39,141 nt of DNA from Nitrincola sp. GTDB taxonomy: Bacteria > Pseudomonadota > Gammaproteobacteria > Pseudomonadales > Balneatricaceae. Made by a program: the position numbers and the translations under genes. This document shows positions 31,580 to 39,141 of this stretch, piece by piece (positions within the stretch are counted from its first letter, which is position 1; each line of letters starts with the position of its first letter). The notes beneath the pieces are model-generated. The model was given only the letters and a program-made list of their open reading frames with translations, did no database searches and was not told the DNA's origin. The stretch covers positions 1-39,141 of the forward strand of contig SLCQ01000034.1 of NCBI GenBank assembly GCA_007125745.1, written 5' to 3'.

Positions 31580-32127
31580 GCGGAGTTCACGTCCTGAAGC
31601 ATCGCTTTATAAATCTCGCGATAATTTTCGCCCTGTTTTTCGCCAAATAATGGATCACTTGGTTGAGGTAAATCTTTTTCGAGCGCCTGCCAATCCTGAT
31701 CATTTGAGACTGCATTAATAGCAGGGAAGATGGTTTCCTCTTCGAAATTGATATGAGCACGCTCGCGCTCAAGAAAGTTTTCTAAGCGCTCTATAAATTC
31801 ATTCATGGGAATAACAGCATCGTGCATGACAGCATCCACCAACTCAGTTACATCTTTGGAAAGTTGCTTCAAGTCGCCATGTTGACGCTCACACTCATGC
31901 AAGTGTCGATCTAAACTCGCCTCTCGCTTTTCAAAGTAATGATACATATGATCTTCGCGAGGGTGGTGAAACTGATCAGCATAATTGCCGATATATTCGA
32001 CTAGCTCTGATAAGAGCTGAAAATTGGGTGAGTCACCCGCTTTGAGTTTCTGGATTTTCATCTCCAGTACTTCTAATAGTCGACTCAGATTGATGTGATC
32101 TTGATGCAACTGCTCTAATATAGTCAT
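31576..32127 (-). CDS. hemerythrin-like (HHE cation-binding) domain protein
   Basis: LHQDH...HHPRED...QH...HINFEEETIFP di-iron ligand pattern, C-terminal DPLFG; AGGAG RBS. Confidence 0.9.
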   Translation of the reverse strand: MTILEQLHQDHINLSRLLEVLEMKIQKLKAGDSPNFQLLSELVEYIGNYADQFHHPREDHMYHYFEKREASLDRHLHECERQHGDLKQLSKDVTELVDAVMHDAVIPMNEFIERLENFLERERAHINFEEETIFPAINAVSNDQDWQALEKDLPQPSDPLFGEKQGENYREIYKAMLQDVNSA

Positions 32128-32157
32128 CTCACTGTCTCCTGAAAGGTCGTGACTTTC

Positions 32158-32200
32158 ACTATATAACGCAGTTGCAACAATTGCTGTTGATCAGTATCAA
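32158..32200 (-). promoter_or_regulatory. FNR/Anr-type class II promoter of the hemerythrin-like gene
   Basis: Perfect TTGAT-cagt-ATCAA at 32187-32200 and -10 TATAGT at 32158-32163; box centre about -41.5/-42.5 from the predicted start. Confidence 0.85.
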
Positions 32201-32236
32201 TAAAAGGTCACTGAGCAACAGCATATAGCAGTAAAA

Positions 32237-32623
32237 TTAACGATAAATTTCGTCATCAAACGGGTCTAAGGGGTTTTCAAGCAAGCTGTCTTCACGCGCA
32301 TAAAGTACACGGCCTTCCAGCTTAAAGCCCTTAGCATTAAACCAACGTTCATTTTCTTCTAAAGACTCTTCCGCACGACTCACTGAGTACCATGCACGCA
32401 AGATGCGGTAGAAATAATGTGCGAACAGTGCCGCAGAGGCACCTAAAAAGAAGTCTGACCCCATCGCAAAAATGATAATGACTAGGGCTACAATCCAAAC
32501 GCGACTTCTCTTGGCTTCCTTGACCGTCTCTTTGGCAGCACTTAACTGCTCTTGGCATTTCAGTGCACGACGGTAGTTTTGTTGTAGGTCAAACTTTTGG
32601 TCGGTCGGTAGAAATTTTTGCAT
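32237..32623 (-). CDS. hypothetical small membrane protein
   Basis: 128 aa; hydrophobic hairpin (VWIVALVIIIF...FFLGASAALFAHY) flanked by charged helical segments; AGGA RBS and a TATACT at 32665-32670. Confidence 0.75.
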   Translation of the reverse strand: MQKFLPTDQKFDLQQNYRRALKCQEQLSAAKETVKEAKRSRVWIVALVIIIFAMGSDFFLGASAALFAHYFYRILRAWYSVSRAEESLEENERWFNAKGFKLEGRVLYAREDSLLENPLDPFDDEIYR

Positions 32624-32724
32624 TCTCTTTTCCTGACTGATTTATTTTAAATAATTTTGCATAGAGTATATCTGAGGCCGCGCTAGGGATCGAGCCAGAT
32701 CGCTACAACCTTTGACTAAAGACA

Positions 32725-35352
32725 TCATTTACTCAAACTTTTACTTACGACTTCGTATACATCCCCAGATAAATTCCCGGAATCCATGATACGCTGAAGC
32801 TGTGCCAGCATTTTGGCTTGGCGATCAGCACCGAAACGCTTCCATCGGGTTAAAGGCGTTAACAAGCGAGCGGCAATCTGGGGGTTTTGCCCATCCAGTT
32901 TGATAATATGATCCGCTAAAAAACGATAACCACTGCCATCCTCAGCATGGAAGTTTACCGCATTTTGGTTACAGAAAGCGCCAATCACTGAGCGTATCTT
33001 GTTCGGATTTCTGGCATCATAAATGGGATGATCCAGCAGTTGCATGACACGCGCTAAAGCGCCCGGCTTCGGATCGGTTGCTTGAACCATTAGCCACTGA
33101 TTCATGACCAATGACTCTTGTTGCCACTGAGTTAAAAAACTATCCAGAACACTTTGGCCTGCATCACTAAAGTCAGAATGGACAATATTCACGAGAGCGG
33201 CAAACTGATCGGTCATATTATCGGCCGTGCTGAATTGTTGTTCAGCCAAAGCAAGGTGTGCAGGATTCGGCAGTGACATTAGATAGCCCAGAGCAAGATT
33301 TCGCAGGCTTCTTCTTGCCATTTCAGCCGGCTCTGATGAATATGCCCTATCAGAGTCCTGTGCCTGATACAAAGTCAGCCACTCTTGAGCAAAGGTTTCT
33401 GCCAGTGCTTGTTTAATAAATTGACGCACATGATGAATGGCGACTGGATCTATCTCTTCGGCCTGTTCACTGATATAGGCCTCACTTGGAAGCGTCATCA
33501 GCAATGCGGACATAGCAGGATCTTCAGCCGCATGAGCCATTAAATGCTTCCAGGTTGCTATAAAGGCATCTGGTAACACCATGGGTTTTTGTTGCTGGTA
33601 ATCCTGTATCAGTTGTGAGATTAACCGCAGAGCAAGTTGTTGACCTGCGTCCCATCGGTTAAATCCATCTTCATCATGACGAAGCAAGAAGGCTAATTGG
33701 TCATCCGTATAGGGATAAGACAATTTTACCGGTGCTGAAAAATGGCGTAACAATGAAGGGATTGGCCTTTCATCTATCTGTTCAAAAACAAACGTCTGTT
33801 GTGACTCTGTTAACTCTAGAAGCTGAGTCGTTGCGCCTTGCTTAAGCGGTATTGGGGCGCCGTTTTGATCTAGCAAGCCGACGCTGATGGGCACGTGAAA
33901 TGGCTGTTTCTGATTCGCTTCAGGCGTCGCTGGACAGCTCTGCTGAATGGATAAGCGGTACTGTCGCGTATCCGGATCATAGTGATCAGTAACCGTCAAT
34001 CTGGGCGTACCCGCCTGACTGTACCAACGTTTAAACTGGGTTAGGTCTCTTCCCGATGCATCTGCCATGGCTTGTACAAAGTCATCTGTTGTAACTGCCT
34101 GACCATCATGGCGTTCAAAATAGAGGTCTGCGCCTTGACGAAAAGCCGTTTCGCCCAACAAGGTGTGAAGCATACGTACAACTGCGGCACCTTTTTCATA
34201 GACTGTTAGGGTATAAAAGTTTGAAATTTCAATAAACGAAGCCGGTCTCACTGGATGCGCCATCGGGCCGGCGTCCTCTGCGAACTGCGCCGTTCTTAAG
34301 ATACCGACTTCATCTACGCGTTGCACAACATCGGAGTGCATATCTGCTGAGAAGCATTGATCTCGAAAGACCGTAAAGCCCTCTTTCAGGCTTAATTGAA
34401 ACCAGTCACGACAAGTGACTCGGTTACCTGACCAGTTGTGAAAATACTCATGAGCAACCACCGACTCGACTCGCTGAAATCCCGCATCAGTGGTCGTTTT
34501 TGGATGCGCCAGCACACAGGCGGTGTTGAAGATATTTAAACCTTTATTCTCCATGGCGCCCATATTGAAGAAATCGACTGCGACAATCATGTAGATATCC
34601 AGATCATACTCACGCCCATAAACTTGCTCATCCCAGCGCATTGCATTTTTTAGCGCTGTCATCGCATGATCCAGCTTTTCTAAATCCTTGGGCTCAGCAA
34701 AGATCTGTAGCGTCACACGACGACCCGATTGCGTGATAAAGTGATCTTCCAAACAGGATAGATCACCCGCAACCAATGCAAACAGGTAGGCAGGTTTTGG
34801 AAATGGATCTTGCCAAGTCACCCAATGACGTTGTGCATCAAGCTCACCCTGATCGATGGGGTTACCATTGCTGAGCAATACTGGAAATTGTTGCTTATTG
34901 GCAATCAGGGTTGTGGTGAAAACCGACATCACATCCGGTCTGTCAGGATAGAAGGTAATGCGCCGAAACCCTTCCGCTTCACATTGTGTACAGTACATAC
35001 CATCAGAAAGATAAAGCCCTTCAAGCGCTGAATTCTCCTGTGGATTGATTTCCGTGGTTATCTCCAGTTCAAATGCATCAGGGAGATAACCTATATAAAG
35101 CGACTCTTTTTCACGGCGGTAAGCAGAGGGATCCAGAGGCTGTTGATTGAGCTTAATCGATCGCAATATCACTGTTTCATGACCGTGCAATTCGAGTTCA
35201 TTCACCACAGCTATATCGGGGTTACGCTTAACCTTAAGGACACTGGTGACGTGAGTTTGCGTTTCATGGAGTTCAAATGTCAGATTAACGCTTTCAATGA
35301 GATAGCCGGGAAGCGCATAGTCTTTAAGATAGATGACTGGCTTTGCTGACAT
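32725..35352 (-). CDS. pepN: aminopeptidase N (M1 family)
   Basis: TQCEAEGFRRIT, GAMENK, HEYFHNW...KE, YEKGA, NPNKIRS. Confidence 0.99.
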   Translation of the reverse strand: MSAKPVIYLKDYALPGYLIESVNLTFELHETQTHVTSVLKVKRNPDIAVVNELELHGHETVILRSIKLNQQPLDPSAYRREKESLYIGYLPDAFELEITTEINPQENSALEGLYLSDGMYCTQCEAEGFRRITFYPDRPDVMSVFTTTLIANKQQFPVLLSNGNPIDQGELDAQRHWVTWQDPFPKPAYLFALVAGDLSCLEDHFITQSGRRVTLQIFAEPKDLEKLDHAMTALKNAMRWDEQVYGREYDLDIYMIVAVDFFNMGAMENKGLNIFNTACVLAHPKTTTDAGFQRVESVVAHEYFHNWSGNRVTCRDWFQLSLKEGFTVFRDQCFSADMHSDVVQRVDEVGILRTAQFAEDAGPMAHPVRPASFIEISNFYTLTVYEKGAAVVRMLHTLLGETAFRQGADLYFERHDGQAVTTDDFVQAMADASGRDLTQFKRWYSQAGTPRLTVTDHYDPDTRQYRLSIQQSCPATPEANQKQPFHVPISVGLLDQNGAPIPLKQGATTQLLELTESQQTFVFEQIDERPIPSLLRHFSAPVKLSYPYTDDQLAFLLRHDEDGFNRWDAGQQLALRLISQLIQDYQQQKPMVLPDAFIATWKHLMAHAAEDPAMSALLMTLPSEAYISEQAEEIDPVAIHHVRQFIKQALAETFAQEWLTLYQAQDSDRAYSSEPAEMARRSLRNLALGYLMSLPNPAHLALAEQQFSTADNMTDQFAALVNIVHSDFSDAGQSVLDSFLTQWQQESLVMNQWLMVQATDPKPGALARVMQLLDHPIYDARNPNKIRSVIGAFCNQNAVNFHAEDGSGYRFLADHIIKLDGQNPQIAARLLTPLTRWKRFGADRQAKMLAQLQRIMDSGNLSGDVYEVVSKSLSK

Positions 35353-35382
35353 AGATTAGCTTCCTTTGTGTCGGGTAAGAGC

Positions 35383-35649
35383 TTAAGAGTTTATGATTTT
35401 CAGTACGTCTGGCTTTAGAGGGTCGGAGCCATGTTGTGTTCCGTCCTTGCGGGTGCGATCAATAAACCCTACACGCTCATTTTCAGGTATGTTGCGCTTA
35501 TGCTCATAGGCTATGATCGCTCTTAAGCTTTGCTCACGTTGTTCTGGAGTGAGCTTGACGCCATTTGGCCATTTACCCAACTCCACGGAGCGTTTCATCG
35601 ATTCATATATCTCGACAGTCATCGAGTCGATCATTTCATCAAAAGTCAC
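35383..35649 (-). CDS. YeaC/DUF1315 family protein
   Basis: GTG start; MT.EIY..MK.SVELGKWPNG..LT.EQRE pattern. Confidence 0.88.
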   Translation of the reverse strand: MTFDEMIDSMTVEIYESMKRSVELGKWPNGVKLTPEQREQSLRAIIAYEHKRNIPENERVGFIDRTRKDGTQHGSDPLKPDVLKIINS

Positions 35650-35674
35650 ACTTCTTCTCCTATCACGTCTTATT

Positions 35675-36298
35675 CTATCGATAAGACTGATTTATCAATA
35701 ATCTTACCGGTAGCACAAATAACAACCCGACAAGCAAGCCAACCAGATGTGCGGTATTGGCAACGGCTCCCATGCCAATGAACTGAAGAATACCTAAATA
35801 GCCCAGCACCAACCAGATCAGCATGAAACCCATCAAGCCTTGAGGAAGACCGAATCTGGGTCGATAGCCCTGCTTATCCCATAGCCAACTGTAGCCCAAG
35901 ACGGCATAAACAACGCCTGACATACCACCAAACATTGGGCCACTGACTAAAAATTGTCCTAGGTTTGATAAGGTTGCCGAGGTTAGAAAAAGACCCAGCA
36001 GTATCCAGCGACCATGCATTTGCTCAATTTTACTACCCACAACCCAAATCCAAAGCAGGTTGAAAGCGAGATGAAGCTCACTAAAATGCATAAATGCTGG
36101 CGTCACCAAACGCCACCACTGGCCAGTTGATAGCATGGCTGGAAAGGTATGATGAAAAACTTGCGAACCGCGTAAGGAAAAATCTGTAAAGGTGAGCAAA
36201 CGCATCAGTTCACGGTTTTCACCAAACCCCATGGCCAGAGATACCAGAATACTGATCAGGATTAACGTGATAGTTAATCCACTGCGCCGCCAGGCCAT
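35675..36298 (-). CDS. rhomboid family intramembrane serine protease (GlpG-like)
   Basis: GQWWRLVTP, H...HLAFN, catalytic GMSG, ANTAHLVG. Confidence 0.93.
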   Translation of the reverse strand: MAWRRSGLTITLILISILVSLAMGFGENRELMRLLTFTDFSLRGSQVFHHTFPAMLSTGQWWRLVTPAFMHFSELHLAFNLLWIWVVGSKIEQMHGRWILLGLFLTSATLSNLGQFLVSGPMFGGMSGVVYAVLGYSWLWDKQGYRPRFGLPQGLMGFMLIWLVLGYLGILQFIGMGAVANTAHLVGLLVGLLFVLPVRLLINQSYR

Positions 36299-36310
36299 TA
36301 GCTGAATCTC

Positions 36311-37288
36311 TTAGTCATTATTTGCCACTTCTCTTGCCACATCTACCCAGACAAATTTATCTTTCTGAATCCGTGTTTCTTCATCCATTCGATAGGCCAC
36401 TAATTTACCAAACTTTACTGCACTGTAGTCCAAGCAGGCCACATTTGGCGCTAGCGGTTCAGGCTCTCCTTGACACCAGTAGTGACCAATAAAAAGCGGT
36501 TTATTATCGTCACGATAACAGATCAACTCACTCCGTTGTTCACGGGTTAGGGGTAACTTAGTTAAATGTGCCGGTAAAGGATCAGGTTGAAAAACGACAT
36601 CATTCAGGTAATAGGGATCACGTAACCAGAATTTAGTTCGAAAAAAACTGCGTTCAAACCCATCTTTACTGATCATAATCTCTTTATTGGGCAGTTCTAA
36701 ATGTGTTCCTCGCAACAAGATATCCATAATATCGTGTTCTTGCGAATCACCCACAGCCGAACGAAACAGGAATCCACGACGCATACGGTTACCTTCGTTC
36801 ATCGACACAAAGCGATCGATTAACTCTTGATGCCAACAGGCGTGCACCACGCGAAAATAGTCAAACTCCAAGAATACTGGCATCTGTTCAAACCAGTGTA
36901 AAAAATCACGCTGGTCATCCGGGTAATTCGCCAACTGCTCGAGCGTTGCTTCAAGAATGCGATAGTTACGCGGTGTATGCTTACGCAAATAGGGTTGCGC
37001 AAAACCACTGGGGGCAGGTGTGGTATAACAGATGTAATTATATTCATGGTTGCCCATCACAATTTGCGCATGACCTGCATCCACCATGTCACGAACCAGA
37101 TGTAATGCTTCACGAATATGAGGACCTCTGTCGATAATATCGCCCACAAAAATTGCCTGACGACTGGGGTGTTGATACACACCTTGACGCTGGGTATACC
37201 CCAATCGGTTTAAAAGGATACGTAGGCTAATAGCACAGCCATGTACATCACCAATAATGTCGTAACCTGTATATTGACTAGCCTTCAC
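36311..37288 (-). CDS. calcineurin-like metallophosphoesterase (ApaH/PPP-like)
   Basis: GDVHG, GDIIDRG, GNHE, VVHA, GHYW, CLDYSA; GTG start with AGGAG RBS. Confidence 0.92.
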   Translation of the reverse strand: MKASQYTGYDIIGDVHGCAISLRILLNRLGYTQRQGVYQHPSRQAIFVGDIIDRGPHIREALHLVRDMVDAGHAQIVMGNHEYNYICYTTPAPSGFAQPYLRKHTPRNYRILEATLEQLANYPDDQRDFLHWFEQMPVFLEFDYFRVVHACWHQELIDRFVSMNEGNRMRRGFLFRSAVGDSQEHDIMDILLRGTHLELPNKEIMISKDGFERSFFRTKFWLRDPYYLNDVVFQPDPLPAHLTKLPLTREQRSELICYRDDNKPLFIGHYWCQGEPEPLAPNVACLDYSAVKFGKLVAYRMDEETRIQKDKFVWVDVAREVANND

Positions 37289-37324
37289 AAATCACTCCTA
37301 ACACACTGCCACTCCTTTGTATGA

Positions 37325-38203
37325 TCAACCTGGTTTTGAACTCCAACCTAGTTTTTCACGGCAGGTCTGGTAAAAATTATAATCACTTGGGTGAAGTAAT
37401 CTTAGCTTGTGCGCTTTTTTGCGAATCGAAATAACATCACCCGGAATCAAGCTAAAATCGGATTGTCCATCGCACGAAATGGTTGGATAAGTGGCGTTTT
37501 CTTCACTGATCACCAATTTTAATTCACTGTTACCGTTCACCACTATTGGACGACTAGACAGGGTATGAGGAAACATTGGCACCAGCACTAATGCATCTAA
37601 CTTGGGATGCATGATGGGGCCACCAGCTGATAGCGCATAGGCTGTTGATCCTGTCGGTGTTGCCACAATTAAGCCATCCGAGCGCTGGGTGTAGACAAAT
37701 TGTCCTTCGATGTAAAGCTCAAATTGGATCATACGTGTCGCTTTACCAGGATGTAATACACAGTCATTCAGCGCTACCAACTCACCCACCGACTCCCCTT
37801 TACGGCGTATGGATACATCAAGCAAAAAACGAGTGTCGACACTGTAGGCTCCACCTAAAACCTCGGCGACACGCGTTTCAATCTCTTGCGGAGAAATATC
37901 GGTTAAAAACCCTAAGTTACCCCGATTGACACCGAGAACGGGAATGTTGGTACGTGCCAAGGATCTAGCCGCCCCCAGCAGACTCCCATCTCCCCCGACC
38001 ACGATGGCAAGATCACAAATTTCACCCATCATTTTTTGTTTGCAGGTCTGACGACCGTGCCCGGGCATCACTTCGGCTATTTTTTCATCGAGGATGACAT
38101 TTAAGCCTCGATCATCTAAAAAACGTATTAATTGCTTAAGCGTGTCGATGACTGCTTTACTGCCCAGTCGGCCAATCAAGCCGATATTGCGAAAATTATC
38201 CAT
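37325..38203 (-). CDS. nadK: NAD(+) kinase
   Basis: GGDGS, GVNRGNLGFL, LND, DGLIVATPTGSTAYALSAGGP, KLGW. Confidence 0.98.
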   Translation of the reverse strand: MDNFRNIGLIGRLGSKAVIDTLKQLIRFLDDRGLNVILDEKIAEVMPGHGRQTCKQKMMGEICDLAIVVGGDGSLLGAARSLARTNIPVLGVNRGNLGFLTDISPQEIETRVAEVLGGAYSVDTRFLLDVSIRRKGESVGELVALNDCVLHPGKATRMIQFELYIEGQFVYTQRSDGLIVATPTGSTAYALSAGGPIMHPKLDALVLVPMFPHTLSSRPIVVNGNSELKLVISEENATYPTISCDGQSDFSLIPGDVISIRKKAHKLRLLHPSDYNFYQTCREKLGWSSKPG

Positions 38204-38235
38204 CCTTCTTTCACCCCGTATGCATGACTCTTTTA

Positions 38236-39141
38236 TTATATCGGTAGCGGCCCGTTAAATACTGCTGACTGCTCTCGTAATTTAGTTTTACAACCACGAA
38301 CACCCTGAAGCCCACCTGTATGAAGCAACGCCACCTTCGACCCTTGCTTAAAATAACCTTGAAGCAGTAACTTGCTTAATCGATGGTAGACACGCAATGT
38401 GTAAACTGGATCTAGATCAATACCATAGCACGTTGTTAACGCTTGCCAAAGTGCCGCCAGTGCAGGGCTACTCTTTGCATAAGGCAGTTCACCGTCAAAC
38501 ACCTGATAGCCATCTTGAGTTTGCAGGCCTGCGGCATGCCAATGTTTCACCAACATCGCCTCAGCCTCAAGAGCGGACACTTTCACCGCTGGCACCACTA
38601 AAACAGCTGTTTTTACCGGACGATAAGCGATCAGACCTGAGGCTGTCGCCCCTGTTCCCAATGCACAACCGACATAATCAAACGCGCCATGATACTTGTC
38701 GATATGATTCCAGATTTCACCACAAGAATGAACCGCTTCAGCACTACTTCCTCCTTCTGGTAAGTGAAAAAAGGGGCCCAATTGTTGCTTAAGCCATGCA
38801 ATGTAATCGGGACTGTTGCGCTGAGCATATTCTGTACGCGAGACAAAGTGAAGGCACATACCCCAGCGTTGCATGTCCAATAATGAGGGATTTAGCGATT
38901 GAGGGCGCTCACCGCGAACCACTCCCAGAGTAGAAAATCCGTAGAGGTGCCCGGCATAGGCCAGTGCATGTAAATGATTGGAATAGGCCCCGCCGAAACT
39001 GAGCACTGGGGTATTGATTTGATGCGTAATATGCTGAATCAATGGCTGAAGTTTGTACCACTTATTGCCACTGATCTGCGGATGGGTTTGATCAAGACGA
39101 ACAATAGAAAACTGAACATCAAAACACTCCCAAGTTGGTAA
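38236..39141 (-). CDS. ACC deaminase / D-cysteine desulfhydrase family PLP enzyme (5' end outside the window)
   Basis: The frame stays open to the window edge (LPTWECFDVQFSIVRLDQTHPQISGNKWYKLQP), giving the PLP-lysine motif SGNKWYKL that the ORF track missed; also SFGGAYSNH, PEGG, GTGAT, DPVYT, HTGGLQG. Confidence 0.9.
   Translation of the reverse strand, partial: LPTWECFDVQFSIVRLDQTHPQISGNKWYKLQPLIQHITHQINTPVLSFGGAYSNHLHALAYAGHLYGFSTLGVVRGERPQSLNPSLLDMQRWGMCLHFVSRTEYAQRNSPDYIAWLKQQLGPFFHLPEGGSSAEAVHSCGEIWNHIDKYHGAFDYVGCALGTGATASGLIAYRPVKTAVLVVPAVKVSALEAEAMLVKHWHAAGLQTQDGYQVFDGELPYAKSSPALAALWQALTTCYGIDLDPVYTLRVYHRLSKLLLQGYFKQGSKVALLHTGGLQGVRGCKTKLREQSAVFNGPLPI

Noticed and set aside
32676-32700. 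Possible sigma-54 promoter (TGGCTCG...TAGC) upstream of the hypothetical gene
   Set aside because: The GG-to-GC spacing is off by one from the strict -24/-12 rule.

Overview
This window is core chromosome of a gammaproteobacterium of roughly 45% GC (estimated by eye). Gene order and protein style suggest Oceanospirillales or a Pseudomonas/Marinobacter relative, which is inference. Left to right: a truncated GGDEF gene, cytochrome c5, htpG (with a sigma-32 promoter), DUF599, selO/ydiU, DUF3301, the TCA cluster (sucD-sucC-lpd-sucB-sucA and sdhB-A-D-C on the minus strand, divergent gltA), rlmKL, rmf, pyrD, DUF2835, the large NAD-glutamate dehydrogenase gdhB, a lone BatD-like gene, a TIGR01777 epimerase, a GAF/DUF484-GGDEF cyclase, a hemerythrin-like gene with a perfect FNR box, a small membrane protein, pepN, YeaC, a rhomboid protease, a metallophosphoesterase, NAD kinase and a truncated PLP enzyme. 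I saw no tRNA, rRNA, CRISPR array, transposase, integrase or prophage, and no clearly new multi-gene system. The best leads are: (1) an intact SelO with a human-like CxxC tail placed between htpG and the suc/sdh genes, whose products are reported SelO-family substrates; (2) a hemerythrin-like gene with an FNR-type promoter whose stop overlaps that of a Cys-rich diguanylate cyclase; (3) structured leaders at sucA, sucC, sdhC, rmf and DUF2835; (4) an orphan, apparently shortened BatD. Family names come from motif recognition, not database searches, and literature statements are from memory.
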